DNA of 64,000 nt. Origin: an uncultured Brevundimonas sp. Lineage in GTDB: Bacteria; Pseudomonadota; Alphaproteobacteria; Caulobacterales; Caulobacteraceae. Under the pieces are notes generated by a model. That model saw only the letters and a program-made list of their open reading frames with translations. It made no database searches and was not told the DNA's origin. Made by a program: the position numbers and the translations under genes. This document shows, one piece after another, positions 26,974 to 40,902 of the stretch. Positions within the stretch are counted from its first letter, which is position 1. Every line of letters begins with the position of its first letter. The stretch spans positions 4,460-68,459 of the forward strand of contig CAXBHG010000001.1 of assembly GCA_963975385.1 (NCBI GenBank), read 5' to 3'.

Positions 26974-29130
26974 GTCGCCTCGGTGCTCATTCCCCTGCCG
27001 GTGGCCGAGGCCTTTGACTATGAGGTGCCGGACGACCTGACGCTGGAACGCGGCGACCAGGTCACCGTGCCGCTGGGGCCGCGTCTGATCCGTGGCATTG
27101 TCGCCGAGGTGCGCGAGACGACCGGCTCGAACCGGCGGCTGAAGGCCGTCGAGGCCGTGCTGGACGATCCGCGCCTGCCGCCCCGGACCGTGGATTTCGT
27201 CGAATGGGCCGCCCGCTGGACCCTGAGCCCGCCGGGCGAGATGGCCGCCGCGGCGCTGAAGGGGCTGCGGGCCCCGCGTCCCCGGCCCGAGCGGCGGGTG
27301 CGACGGGTCGAGGGCCGGACGCCGGGTCGGGCCACCCCGGCGCGGTCGGCGTTGCTGGAGGCCCTTGGCGGGCAGATGCTGCCGGCTGCTGACCTGGCCC
27401 GGGCGGCGGGGGTCTCGGCCGGGGTCATCAAGGGACTGGTCGACGAGGGGGTGCTGGAGGTCGTCGAGATCACAGCCGCGACCGCCTTTGCCGCCCCCGA
27501 CCCCGACCACGCGCCGGCGATCCTGAACCCGGACCAGGCGGCGGCGGCCGACGCCGTCGCCGCGGCCACCGCGCGCGGCGGGTTCGAACCCTTCCTGCTG
27601 GACGGGGTCACCGGCTCGGGCAAGACCGAGGCCTATCTGGAGGCGGTGGCCCGCACCCTGAGGCGCGACCCGGCGGCCCAGGTGCTGATCCTGCTGCCCG
27701 AGATCGCCCTGACCCAGGACCTGATCGCCCGGATCACCGCCCGCTTCGGCACGGCCCCGGCCGAATGGCATTCGGGCGTGGCCCCGCCGCGCCGCCGCCG
27801 GGTCTGGGAGGCGGTGGCCGCCGGGGCCTGTCCGATCGTGGTGGGCGCGCGGTCGGCCCTGTTCCTGCCCTATCCGAACCTGAAGCTGATCGTCATCGAC
27901 GAGGAACACGACGGCTCGTTCAAACAGGAGGACGGGCTGGTCTATCACGGGCGCGACCTGGCCGTGGCCCGGGCCCGGATCGAGGGGGCGACGGTGGTGC
28001 TGGCCTCGGCCACCCCGTCGCTGGAGACACTGTGGAACGCCCAGGGCAGACGTTATGGCTGGCTGAAGCTGGCGGCGCGGCACGGGGCGGCGGTCCTGCC
28101 CGACATTGCCCTGCTGGACCTGCGCCAGACCCCGCCCGATCCCCAGACCTGGCTGTCCGCCCCCTTGCGCGCAGCCATCGGCGAGACCTTCGCCCGGGGT
28201 GAGCAGAGCCTGCTGTTCCTCAATCGCCGTGGCTATGCGCCGGTGGTGCTGTGCCGGGCCTGCGGTCACCGGCTGACGGCCCCGGACACCGACAGCTGGC
28301 TGGTCGAGCACCGCTATACCGGGCGGCTGGTCTGCCACCTGACCGGCTTCACCATGGCCCGGCCCAAGGCCTGTCCGTCCTGCGGCGCGCCTGACTCCCT
28401 GGTCGCCGTCGGTCCCGGCGTCGAACGGGTCGAGGAGGAGGTGCGCCAGCTGTTCCCCGAGGCCCGCACCGCCGTGTTCAGCTCGGACACCGTGCCGGAT
28501 GCGAAATCGGCCCGGGCCCTGATCCAGAGCATGGTCGCCGGCGAGATCGACATCCTGGTGGCCACCCAGGCCGCGGCCAAGGGCCACAACTTCCCCAACC
28601 TGACCCTGGTCGGGGTGGTCGACGCGGACCTGGGCCTGCGCGGCGGCGACCTGCGGGCGGCCGAGCGCACCTTCCAGCTGCTGACCCAGGCCACCGGCCG
28701 GGCCGGGCGGGCCGACCGGCCGGGCCGGGCCCTGCTGCAGACCTGGACGCCGGATCATCCGGTGCTGCAGGCGCTGGCGGCCGGGGACCGGGACGGTTTC
28801 GTCGCCGCCGAACTGGCCGAACGCGAGGCCGCCTCCCTGCCGCCCTACGGCCGGCTGGCGGCCCTGATCCTGTCGGGCGAGAATGCCGTGGCGGTCGAGG
28901 CCACGGCCCAGGCCCTGGCCCAGGCCATCCCCAATGCCGAGCGGCTGGAGGTCTATGGCCCCGCCGATGCGCCGCTGGGCCTGATCCGCGGGCGGCGGCG
29001 CAAGCGGCTGCTGGTGCGGGCGGATCGCGACGTCGACCTGCAGGGCTTTCTGCGCGCCTGGCTGGCCCGGGTGAAGGTGCCGGGCTCGGTTCGGCTGACC
29101 GTGGACGTGGACCCGTACAGTTTTCTTTAG
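26968..29130 (+). CDS. priA: Primosomal protein N' (replication restart helicase)
   Basis: GTG with GAGGGGG SD; [43 protein letters not shown]. Confidence 0.96.
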   Translation: MKVASVLIPLPVAEAFDYEVPDDLTLERGDQVTVPLGPRLIRGIVAEVRETTGSNRRLKAVEAVLDDPRLPPRTVDFVEWAARWTLSPPGEMAAAALKGLRAPRPRPERRVRRVEGRTPGRATPARSALLEALGGQMLPAADLARAAGVSAGVIKGLVDEGVLEVVEITAATAFAAPDPDHAPAILNPDQAAAADAVAAATARGGFEPFLLDGVTGSGKTEAYLEAVARTLRRDPAAQVLILLPEIALTQDLIARITARFGTAPAEWHSGVAPPRRRRVWEAVAAGACPIVVGARSALFLPYPNLKLIVIDEEHDGSFKQEDGLVYHGRDLAVARARIEGATVVLASATPSLETLWNAQGRRYGWLKLAARHGAAVLPDIALLDLRQTPPDPQTWLSAPLRAAIGETFARGEQSLLFLNRRGYAPVVLCRACGHRLTAPDTDSWLVEHRYTGRLVCHLTGFTMARPKACPSCGAPDSLVAVGPGVERVEEEVRQLFPEARTAVFSSDTVPDAKSARALIQSMVAGEIDILVATQAAAKGHNFPNLTLVGVVDADLGLRGGDLRAAERTFQLLTQATGRAGRADRPGRALLQTWTPDHPVLQALAAGDRDGFVAAELAEREAASLPPYGRLAALILSGENAVAVEATAQALAQAIPNAERLEVYGPADAPLGLIRGRRRKRLLVRADRDVDLQGFLRAWLARVKVPGSVRLTVDVDPYSFL

Positions 29131-29145
29131 GGGGCGTTGCCCTTG

Positions 29146-29189
29146 TTGGGCGCTATCGCTCGCCGCGCGGCGGCTCACTGCCTGAGCGC
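29146..29189. repeat. Diverged third copy of the 41-bp palindromic repeat
   Basis: ttgggcgcta-tc-gctcgccgcgcggcggctcac-tgcctgagcgc aligns without gaps to the 15708 unit. Confidence 0.75.
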
Positions 29190-29289
29190 ATCCTGGCGCG
29201 GAGCCCTGTGACCGCGGCCCCACAAGCCGGCGGCGTCGGGTCGGGAGGTCCCGGAGGGCCGACGACCGCCGCCCAACAGAATGTGCAGG

Positions 29290-30078
29290 CTAGCGCGGCC
29301 CGGTCAGGCGGATTTCGAACAGGGTCGGCCAGTTCTTGCCGGTGACGAACAGGCGGCGGCCGTCGGCGTCCCAGGCGATACCGTTCAGCACCGCATCGGT
29401 GGGGTCCAGCCCCGACCGGTCCGGCATCAGATCGGTCAGGTCGATGATGCCGTTCACCCGGCCGGTGGTCGGGTCGATGCGGACGATAAGGTCCGTCTGC
29501 CAGACATTGGCCAGCACCTGGCCGTCGACCCATTCCAGCTCGTTCAGCCGGGTCAGCGGCTGTCCGCGCAGCGTCACGGCCACCTGGCCGGTCTCGGCCA
29601 GACTGTGCGGGTCGAGAAACCGCAGCGTCGCCGTGCCGTCAGACAGGATCAGCCGCTCATTGTCATGGGTCAGGCCCCAGCCTTCGCCGGCGTAGGCGAA
29701 CGCGCCCTGCGGCGCGAGCGTATCCGGATTCCAGATGAAGCCCCGCCCGCCCTTCCAGGTCAGACTCAGGACGCGGTCGCCAAAGACCGTCAGCCCCTCA
29801 CCGAACCAGGTGGTGTCCAGAACGCGCCGCTGCAGCACCTCCCCGTCCGACAGGCGCACGCGCCGGATGGTCGACGGATAGTTGCCGGTGCTTTCCAGCA
29901 ATTCCCCGTTCCGGAACACCAGCCCCTGGGTGAAGGCCCCCGGGTCGTGCGGATAGCGGCGGACGACCTCGAATCCGTAGACGGGAACGGATCCGGGCGG
30001 GGGGGTAACGGTCCAGGACTGCGCCCACGCCACCCCCGGCATCAGCAGCAGGGCGAGGATCAGTCCGGCCGCGCGCAT
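29290..30078 (-). CDS. Glutaminyl-peptide cyclotransferase (bacterial/plant type)
   Basis: Signal peptide; FTQGL, ESTG, FGEG, EGWG, LNELE, LNGIA, TGKNW. Confidence 0.92.
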   Translation of the reverse strand: MRAAGLILALLLMPGVAWAQSWTVTPPPGSVPVYGFEVVRRYPHDPGAFTQGLVFRNGELLESTGNYPSTIRRVRLSDGEVLQRRVLDTTWFGEGLTVFGDRVLSLTWKGGRGFIWNPDTLAPQGAFAYAGEGWGLTHDNERLILSDGTATLRFLDPHSLAETGQVAVTLRGQPLTRLNELEWVDGQVLANVWQTDLIVRIDPTTGRVNGIIDLTDLMPDRSGLDPTDAVLNGIAWDADGRRLFVTGKNWPTLFEIRLTGPR

Positions 30079-30080
30079 GG

Positions 30081-30920
30081 TCACACCCCGGGTTCGGCGG
30101 TCTCGGCCCGGTTCAGCGCGACCTGGTGGGCCTGCTCGGCCGCGTGCTTTCTGGCCGCCGACCGGCGCCCCATCATATTGAGGCCCTCGACCAGTCCCGA
30201 GAAGGCCATGGCGGTATAGATGTAGCCCTTGGGCACATGGACGCCGAAGCCGTCGGCGATCAGCACCATGCCGATCATCAGCAGGAAGCCGAGGGCCAGC
30301 ATGACCACAGTCGGGTTTTTCTCGATGAAATTGGCCAGCGGCGTGGCGGCCAGCAGCATCACGGTGACGGCGACGATCACGGCGACCATCATGATCGGCA
30401 CATGATCGGTCATGCCGACGGCCGTCAGGATGGAGTCGACCGAAAAGACCAGGTCCAGCAGGATGATCTGGAAGATGGCCGAGCCGGCGTTGGCGATCAC
30501 CACGTCCTTCTTGTCCAGCATGCCCGGCGTCGGGGCCGGGTCGACGCTGTGGTGGATCTCCTTGGTAGCCTTCCACAACAGGAACAGGCCGCCGGCGATC
30601 AGGATCAGGTCACGCCAGCTGAAGGCGGTCTCGAACAGGGGGGCACCGTGTTCGACGGGGCCGGTCAGTCCCAGGTCGAAAACCGGATTGGTCAGGGCGA
30701 CGATGAAGCCGATCGTCGCCAGCAGGCCCAGTCGCATGATCAGGGCCAGGCTGATGCCGATGCGCCGCACCCGGGGGCGGTCCTTTTCGGGCAATTTGTT
30801 CGACAGGATCGAGATGAAGACCAGGTTGTCGATCCCCAGCACCACCTCCATGACGATCAGGGTGACCAGGGCCAGCCAGGCGGCCGGATCGGTGAGCAGG
30901 GGCGTGATGCTGTCGAACAT
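30081..30920 (-). CDS. TerC family membrane protein
   Basis: [32 protein letters not shown]. Confidence 0.92.
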   Translation of the reverse strand: MFDSITPLLTDPAAWLALVTLIVMEVVLGIDNLVFISILSNKLPEKDRPRVRRIGISLALIMRLGLLATIGFIVALTNPVFDLGLTGPVEHGAPLFETAFSWRDLILIAGGLFLLWKATKEIHHSVDPAPTPGMLDKKDVVIANAGSAIFQIILLDLVFSVDSILTAVGMTDHVPIMMVAVIVAVTVMLLAATPLANFIEKNPTVVMLALGFLLMIGMVLIADGFGVHVPKGYIYTAMAFSGLVEGLNMMGRRSAARKHAAEQAHQVALNRAETAEPGV

Positions 30921-31221
30921 GTCGGGTTCCTGAAAGGGGCAGCGCGTCTGGTAGCGATCCGTTGCCCGGGCATCAAGCCGTGGGGGCGGGACCGCGATGG
31001 TGACCGGCACGGGCACCGGTTCGACAACGACGATCGGTCGGCGTCGGTTGCGAGCGGGAAAAGCCCATGCTATCAGGCGCCCGGCTTCCACGGGGCGTTT
31101 CTCACGAAACGGCCCTTGGCGTGCTTTCCTAAGCATTTCAAGCCTTTGACCGGCACGCACCCCGTCGCCGGTCGCGACCCGAACGCTTCGATCTACGCTT
31201 TCCCTTGGGCGGACCTAATAA

Positions 31222-31776
31222 GTGGCTGACGAATTCAGAACGACAGAAGTCGGCGCGCGCTATGCCAAGGCGCTGTTCGACCTTGCCGGTGAGACCGGGC
31301 GTCTCGACGCCGTGCGCGATGATCTGGCCGCCCTGCGCGCCGCCTGGGACGGGAGCGCGGACCTGCGCCGCCTGGCCGGTTCGCCGGTGATCTCGGCCGA
31401 GGATCAGCGCAAGGGTCTCGTCGCCATCGCCGAGGCGGCCAAATTCAACGCCACGACCGTGAAATTCCTCGGCCTGCTGGGCCAGAACCATCGCGCCGGC
31501 GACCTGCCGGCCGTGATTGCGGGCTTTGATGCCCTCTATGCACAACAGGCCGGCATCGTCTCGGCCGAGGTGGTTTCGGCCTCCGCCCTCGAGGCCGGGC
31601 AGCTGCGCAGCATCAAGGCCGCCCTGACCCAGGCCCTGGGCAAGGACCCCGAAATGACCGCCCGCGTCGATCCGTCGCTGCTGGGTGGGCTGAAGGTCAA
31701 GGTCGGCTCGCGCCTGTTCGATGCCTCGCTGAAGACCAAGCTCGACCAGATGAAGTTTGCCCTGAAACGGGCCTGA
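31222..31776 (+). CDS. atpH: ATP synthase F1 delta
   Basis: ARYAKALF, VDPSLLGG, DASLKTKL; first gene of atpHAGDC. Confidence 0.95.
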   Translation: MADEFRTTEVGARYAKALFDLAGETGRLDAVRDDLAALRAAWDGSADLRRLAGSPVISAEDQRKGLVAIAEAAKFNATTVKFLGLLGQNHRAGDLPAVIAGFDALYAQQAGIVSAEVVSASALEAGQLRSIKAALTQALGKDPEMTARVDPSLLGGLKVKVGSRLFDASLKTKLDQMKFALKRA

Positions 31777-31791
31777 TCCAACACCAATTGA

Positions 31792-33378
<1,587 letters not shown>

Positions 33379-33410
33379 GTCCCGACCGGATAGCGAGGAA
33401 GTAGCGCCGG

Positions 33411-35883
<2,473 letters not shown>

Positions 35884-35886
35884 TCC

Positions 35887-36156
35887 ATGGCCGGCAAGCT
35901 TCAATTCTCCCTGGTGTCGCCTGAGCGCGAGGTCTTCAACGGCCTCGTCGACCAGGTCGACGCCGCCGGTGTCGAGGGTGATTTCGGTGTCCTGCCGGAC
36001 CACGCCCCGTTCATGACCGCCCTGCGTGAAGGTGTGATCACCGTCATCGACGGCAGTTCGCGACGCCAGTTCGAGGTCCACGGCGGTTTCGCCGACGTGA
36101 CCCCGGCCGGCCTGACCATCCTGGCCGAACAGGCCGCGGAAGTCGCCGCGGCTTGA
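35887..36156 (+). CDS. atpC: ATP synthase F1 epsilon (N-terminal domain only, 89 aa)
   Basis: LVSPER, GDFGVLPDHAP, GGFADV, TILAE, then stop. Confidence 0.93.
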   Translation: MAGKLQFSLVSPEREVFNGLVDQVDAAGVEGDFGVLPDHAPFMTALREGVITVIDGSSRRQFEVHGGFADVTPAGLTILAEQAAEVAAA

Positions 36157-36395
36157 CCCCGATCGACGCCCTCGGCGTCGTCGGCGTCGGGCTGATCCTG
36201 ATTGCCTATGCCGGCGCGACGAGCGGCAAGCTCGACGCCCGGCATGCGCCCGCCCTGCTGCTGAATCTGGCCGGGGCCCTGCTGATCCTCGTATCGCTGT
36301 ATTTCGAGTTCAATCTGTCGGCTGTGCTGATGGAGGGAGCCTGGGCCGCGGTGGCGATCGTCGGCCTGGTGCGGCTGGCGCTGACCCGGCGCTAG
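36153..36395 (+). CDS. Small three-TM membrane protein (CBU_0592-like)
   Basis: TTGA overlap with atpC; LNLAGALLILVSL..EFNLSA..ME..W pattern. Confidence 0.7.
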   Translation: MTPIDALGVVGVGLILIAYAGATSGKLDARHAPALLLNLAGALLILVSLYFEFNLSAVLMEGAWAAVAIVGLVRLALTRR

Positions 36396-36442
36396 GCCAT
36401 TTTTGTTTCAGGTCGGATCGACCTGAACCCGACAAATGCCCC
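36395..36442. repeat. Intergenic palindrome between convergent atp operon and rppH
   Basis: ttcaggtcg-gat-cgacctgaa core with imperfect outer arms ggccattt/aaatgcccc. Confidence 0.6.
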
Positions 36443-36446
36443 GGTT

Positions 36447-36953
36447 TCAGACTGAACCGATGTCGCTCTGGCCGGCCAGGGCCGCGAAGGCGGCCACGAC
36501 CCGGGTGTAGGCCTCACGCTTGAACGGCACGATCAGGTCGCAGGCCTCGTCCAGCCGGCCCCAGCGCCAGGCGTCGAACTCGATCTCGCCGTGCGCTTCC
36601 AGATCGATCTCGGACTCGGGCCCGGTGAAGCGATAGGCGAACCATTTCTGCTTCTGGCCCAGCCAGCCGCGCGCCTGTTTGGTGCCGCCGTAGCCTTCGG
36701 GAAAGGCATAGGTGATCCAGCCGTCGGTGGACCCGAGGGGCTCGACCGAGCGGACACCCGTCTCCTCATACAGTTCGCGCCGGGCCGCGACCTCCCAGGC
36801 CTCGCCGTCATCGACGCCGCCCTGGGGGAACTGCCAGGCGTTCGGACTGTCGCTGCCGGCGCGGTGCCCGTACCAGACCCGTCCATCCGGGTGGAACAGG
36901 ACCACCCCGACATTGGGACGATAGCGGGACAGGTCACGGTCGGGGACGGTCAT
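36447..36953 (-). CDS. rppH: RNA pyrophosphohydrolase
   Basis: YRPNVG, WQFPQGG...RELYEETG Nudix box, GQKQKWF, EFDAWRW, VPFKR. Confidence 0.93.
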   Translation of the reverse strand: MTVPDRDLSRYRPNVGVVLFHPDGRVWYGHRAGSDSPNAWQFPQGGVDDGEAWEVAARRELYEETGVRSVEPLGSTDGWITYAFPEGYGGTKQARGWLGQKQKWFAYRFTGPESEIDLEAHGEIEFDAWRWGRLDEACDLIVPFKREAYTRVVAAFAALAGQSDIGSV

Positions 36954-36994
36954 GACCTTCCCCTTAGCCGCCGGTCCCGGTCCGGTCGAGCGGG

Positions 36995-38203
36995 TTAGTG
37001 ACCGGGGCGCTGGGCCATGGCCGAGGCGGGGGCCAGTTGCAGGCCGCGCGCTTCCAGGCCGGCGCTCCAGCGCGCCACGGCCTCGACCGTGACGGGATAG
37101 CTGAAACCGGTGCCCAGCGCCTGTCCCCGGGACTTGGCCAGGGCCTCGATGGCGTTCAGCTGGCCGACGATGGCGGTCGGGGACTGGGTCTGGTCGATGA
37201 CCCGGTCGGCGCTGGCGCGCGACCAGGCCCCCGGCTTGCGACTGGCCGAGCCGTCATCAAGGAAGGCCACGCCGCGCCGGCGCAGCACGCCCATGAAGGC
37301 GGTCATCCCGGTCTCGGAGGTCATGAAGCGGTCGCCCAGATAGTTGGTCACGCCGAAATAGCCGGTCGCCCGTCCCAGCAGCCAGGCCATCCGCGCCTGG
37401 ACGTCATCGGCGTCCGCCTCGGCCAGCAGGGTGTAGGGGCCGGGATCGTTGTCCGGATAGCCGCTCGGCTCCATCGGAATCTCGATCATCACCTCATGGC
37501 CCTGGGCCCGGGCCAGGTCGATCCAGCCCTGCAGGCCCTCGGCATAGGGGACGAAACTCAGGGTGACCTCGGCCGGCAACCGTTCGATCGCGGCCCGGGT
37601 GGTGACGGCATTGAGGCCGAGCCCGCCGACGATCACGGCCACGCGGGGTTTGCCGTTGGGCCGGAACGGACGCGCATAGGCCTGGGCCGGCACCCGGCCG
37701 TCGGTGGCGATCATCGGCAGGGGCCCGCTCGGGGTCGGCTGGCTGAGGCCGGCGATGGGCGCGGCGGGCAGGGGCCGGGCCTCGCGCCGCGGGGCGGTGA
37801 TGTTGGACCCGCCCGAAACGGTGGCCCCGTCGGGCAGGGTAATCAGGGCCTCGCCACCGGCGGCACCGGCCGGGTCGAGGGTGGCCTCGGCCAGGGTCAG
37901 GTCCTGGTACAGGTCCATGGCCCCCGCCGAAAAGGCGTCGAGACCGGTCGGGGCCGGGGGCGGGGCGACGGCCTCGCGCGTCAGGGAGACCCGGGCCGAC
38001 GGGGTTCCGGCGCGCGGATCGCCCAGCACGGTCAGGAACAGGGCCGCGGCCCCCAGCAGCAACAGGCCGGCCCCCGCCACCGCAGCCGGGGGCTTCTTCA
38101 TGAGCGCCAGCACCGGGGCCGCCCGTTCACGCAGGCTGCGACGCGCCGGGGGCGTTCCGGCGGCGGCGGCGAGGGCGGACTGGCGTTTGGCGAATAGGGA
38201 CAA
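36995..38203 (-). CDS. Divergent polysaccharide deacetylase family protein (YibQ/DUF610)
   Basis: N-terminal TM; VTLSFVPY, GHEVMIEIPMEP, NYLGDRF, FLDDG; follows S41 protease. Confidence 0.85.
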   Translation of the reverse strand: MSLFAKRQSALAAAAGTPPARRSLRERAAPVLALMKKPPAAVAGAGLLLLGAAALFLTVLGDPRAGTPSARVSLTREAVAPPPAPTGLDAFSAGAMDLYQDLTLAEATLDPAGAAGGEALITLPDGATVSGGSNITAPRREARPLPAAPIAGLSQPTPSGPLPMIATDGRVPAQAYARPFRPNGKPRVAVIVGGLGLNAVTTRAAIERLPAEVTLSFVPYAEGLQGWIDLARAQGHEVMIEIPMEPSGYPDNDPGPYTLLAEADADDVQARMAWLLGRATGYFGVTNYLGDRFMTSETGMTAFMGVLRRRGVAFLDDGSASRKPGAWSRASADRVIDQTQSPTAIVGQLNAIEALAKSRGQALGTGFSYPVTVEAVARWSAGLEARGLQLAPASAMAQRPGH

Positions 38204-38309
38204 GTCGGTACGCTCGGGTCGGGGACCGTGGGCACGGTCCTCTTCGCGAGTCAGCTTGCCTGACGCCGGTTAAGAAACCCTAACGCGGTGTTCACCATGC
38301 GGTCGCGAC

Positions 38310-39674
38310 TCAGTCGGCCGGCGCGGCCGCCGTGACGGTGCCGGCGGCCCCCTCGGGCAGGGTGACCACCACACCGGTCGGCGGGGCCGCCAGACGACTC
38401 AACTCGCCGCCGGCCCGCAGCACGTCGAAGGCCCGCTGCAGCTGATAGTCGGTCGATTCGTCGAAGCCTTCGCCGGGGGCCTCATAGGGGGTGTGGGCCC
38501 CCCTCCGCTCGGCTCCGATCGAGGCATCCAGGGCCGTCGCATAGGCGGCCTCGGAATAGATGAAGCTGGAGCGCGACACGATCCGCGCCTCGGCGGCCGA
38601 GCGGGCCACCTCGAGGTCGGGCTCGATGCCGATCTTCTGGATCGAGCGCCCGGACGGCGTGTAGTAGCGCGCGGTGGTGATCGACAGGGCCCCGTCCGCC
38701 CCGCCCCGCAGCGGGATCACGGTCTGGACCGAGCCCTTGCCGAAGCTGGTCAGCCCGACCAGCGTGGCCCGCTCCTGGTCCTTCAGGGCACCGGCAACGA
38801 TCTCCGAGGCCGAGGCCGAGCCGTAGTTGATCAGCACCACAACCGGCAGGCCGCCCGTCTGGTCGCCCGGCCGGGCGGCATAGCGTTCAATCTGGTCCGG
38901 CTTGCGCCCGCGCTGGCTGACGATCTCGCCGCGTTCGAGGAAGGCGTCGGAAACATCGATGGCCGCCGTCAGCAGGCCGCCGCCGTTGTTGCGCAGGTCC
39001 AGAACATAGCCCTTCAGCGCCGGGTTTTCGCGCTTCAGCCGCGAGATGGTCTCGGTCAGCTCGCGACCGGTGTTCTCATTGAAGGTGGCGATGCGCAGAT
39101 AGCCGAACTCGCCCTCGATCCGGCCGGTGACCGATTCCACCTTGATGACCTCTCGGGTCAGGGTGACCTCCAGCGGGTCCTCGCCGTCGCGCAGGAAGGT
39201 GACGTCAACTGTGGTGCCGATCGCCCCGCGCAGCTTTTCCGAAACCTGGGTCACGGTCAGGCCGGCAGCGTTCTGGCCGTTGATCGACTGGATCACATCC
39301 CCGGCCTGCACCCCGGCGCGGGCGGCGGGCCCGTCATCCATCGGCGAGATGATCTTCACCAGCCCGCCTTCGGAGGTGATGGTCAGGCCGACGCCGGAAT
39401 ACTGGCCCTCGGTGCGTTCGCGCAGATCGCCGTAGCCGGCGGGCGGCAGATAGTTGGAATGGGGGTCCAGCGCCGTCATCATGCCGGCCAGAGCCGCCTC
39501 GATCAGCTTCTTGTTGTCGACCGGCACCACATAGGCCTGTTCCGTCAGGGCCAGGACGTCCCCGAACAGTTCGACCATCCGGAAGGTCTCGTTGCGCGGT
39601 GTCTGGGACACGGTCGCGGCGCTGACGCCCACCAGGGTGAGAACGGCACAGCCGACGAGAAGCAATTTACGCAT
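38310..39674 (-). CDS. S41A C-terminal processing peptidase (PDZ)
   Basis: LDPHS, DLRNNGGG, SASASEI (Ser), GKGSVQ (Lys), YYTPSGRSI. Confidence 0.94.
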   Translation of the reverse strand: MRKLLLVGCAVLTLVGVSAATVSQTPRNETFRMVELFGDVLALTEQAYVVPVDNKKLIEAALAGMMTALDPHSNYLPPAGYGDLRERTEGQYSGVGLTITSEGGLVKIISPMDDGPAARAGVQAGDVIQSINGQNAAGLTVTQVSEKLRGAIGTTVDVTFLRDGEDPLEVTLTREVIKVESVTGRIEGEFGYLRIATFNENTGRELTETISRLKRENPALKGYVLDLRNNGGGLLTAAIDVSDAFLERGEIVSQRGRKPDQIERYAARPGDQTGGLPVVVLINYGSASASEIVAGALKDQERATLVGLTSFGKGSVQTVIPLRGGADGALSITTARYYTPSGRSIQKIGIEPDLEVARSAAEARIVSRSSFIYSEAAYATALDASIGAERRGAHTPYEAPGEGFDESTDYQLQRAFDVLRAGGELSRLAAPPTGVVVTLPEGAAGTVTAAAPAD

Positions 39675-39828
39675 TCGGTCTTTTCCAGTGGGCCTGCGAC
39701 GGCCCGTCCGTCATTCACAAGCGATGTCCTCGCGACCAAATTGGGACCGCGCCGGGTTGCGGCGATAAAATCAGCGTCATCGCCGGTTGGGAAGCGGTTT
39801 CGCGTACCGCGGACCCCGCCAGCTCCGG

Positions 39829-40902
39829 TCATTTCAGCCAGGGAGCCGGATCGATCGCCCGTTCGTCGCGCCTGAGGCCGAAATAGACCTCGCCGTCCTC
39901 ACCGCTGCGCCCCAGGGTCTCGCCGTCGCTGACGCGATCTCCGGTCGTCACCGACAGGTCCTCCAGCCCGGCCACGACGACGCGCCAGCCCGGACCGAGG
40001 TCGAGAATGACCACCTGACCCCAGTCGTCCAGCGGCCCGGCGAAGGCGATCCGGGCGGAGGCGGGCGCCGAGATCTCACGCCGGTCGGCGCGCCAGCGCC
40101 AGCCGTCACTCCCGGGTCCGAACCGTTCGGACGGGCTGCCGCTGACCGGGGCGGTCAGCCGGCTGCGGCCGGCCGGCAGTCGGGCGGTCCGACTGATCGA
40201 CTCGGGCTCGCCGGTCGGGACGACGCCGCCCAGGCTGCGGATCCGGGCCTGTAACACCCCGGCGGCGCGTTCGGCCTGCTGGGCCTCGCTGCGCAGCACG
40301 GTCTGCAGGGCGCTCTTGCGCGCCGACAGGCTTTCGATCTCGGCCCGGCGGTCGCCCTGGGCGCTTTCGACCGTGAACAATCGCTCGCTGGACAGGGCGG
40401 CCAGCCGGCGGACCCGGGCGATCTCGGCCTGCTGGTCGGTCAGGACCTGAACCCGGGCCCGCAGCTCGGGAGCCATGGTCTTGAGCAGGATGGCCGCCCG
40501 CACCGTGTCGGTCGCGCGCGAGGCCGGGATCAGCAGCGGCGGCGGCGGGCGGCGGCTCATCATCTGCAGGGCCGACAGCAGACGTGACTGTCGCGCCCGC
40601 ACGCGCGACAGGTCGGCGGTCAGGGCCGCCTCGCGCGCACCCAGTTCCTGCAGCCGGGCGCGCTGGGCCATGATCTGGCGATCGTCGGTGTCCACCGTGG
40701 TGCGCAACTGCGTCAGCTGCCGGTCGAGGTCGGCGATCTCGGCCGCGGCCTCGGCGGCCTCGGCGCGCAGACGACGGGCCCGCGCCTGTTCGTCGCGGAA
40801 CTCGGCCTGCAGGCGCGGCACCTCAGCGGCGGGCGCGGGCTGGCCCACGGCCGGGGCGGCGACGATCAGGCCGAGGACGGCGAGGATGAGGGCGCGACGC
40901 AT
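39829..40902 (-). CDS. envC: EnvC-like murein hydrolase activator (coiled coil plus degenerate M23)
   Basis: Signal peptide, long coiled coil, LytM-like C-terminus without Zn ligands; located between rlmH and S41 protease. Confidence 0.75.
   Translation of the reverse strand: MRRALILAVLGLIVAAPAVGQPAPAAEVPRLQAEFRDEQARARRLRAEAAEAAAEIADLDRQLTQLRTTVDTDDRQIMAQRARLQELGAREAALTADLSRVRARQSRLLSALQMMSRRPPPPLLIPASRATDTVRAAILLKTMAPELRARVQVLTDQQAEIARVRRLAALSSERLFTVESAQGDRRAEIESLSARKSALQTVLRSEAQQAERAAGVLQARIRSLGGVVPTGEPESISRTARLPAGRSRLTAPVSGSPSERFGPGSDGWRWRADRREISAPASARIAFAGPLDDWGQVVILDLGPGWRVVVAGLEDLSVTTGDRVSDGETLGRSGEDGEVYFGLRRDERAIDPAPWLK

Noticed and set aside
26284-29223. 979-aa minus-strand ORF
   Set aside because: It is tal plus an antisense shadow of priA. 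Only the last 217 aa have recognisable motifs, and stop-poor antisense frames are expected at this GC content.
29290-30576. 428-aa glutaminyl cyclase
   Set aside because: The upstream part overlaps terC. The signal peptide begins at ATG 30078.
30921-31221. yybP-ykoY Mn riboswitch upstream of terC
   Set aside because: The GGGGAGUAGC-type core was not found on the minus strand.
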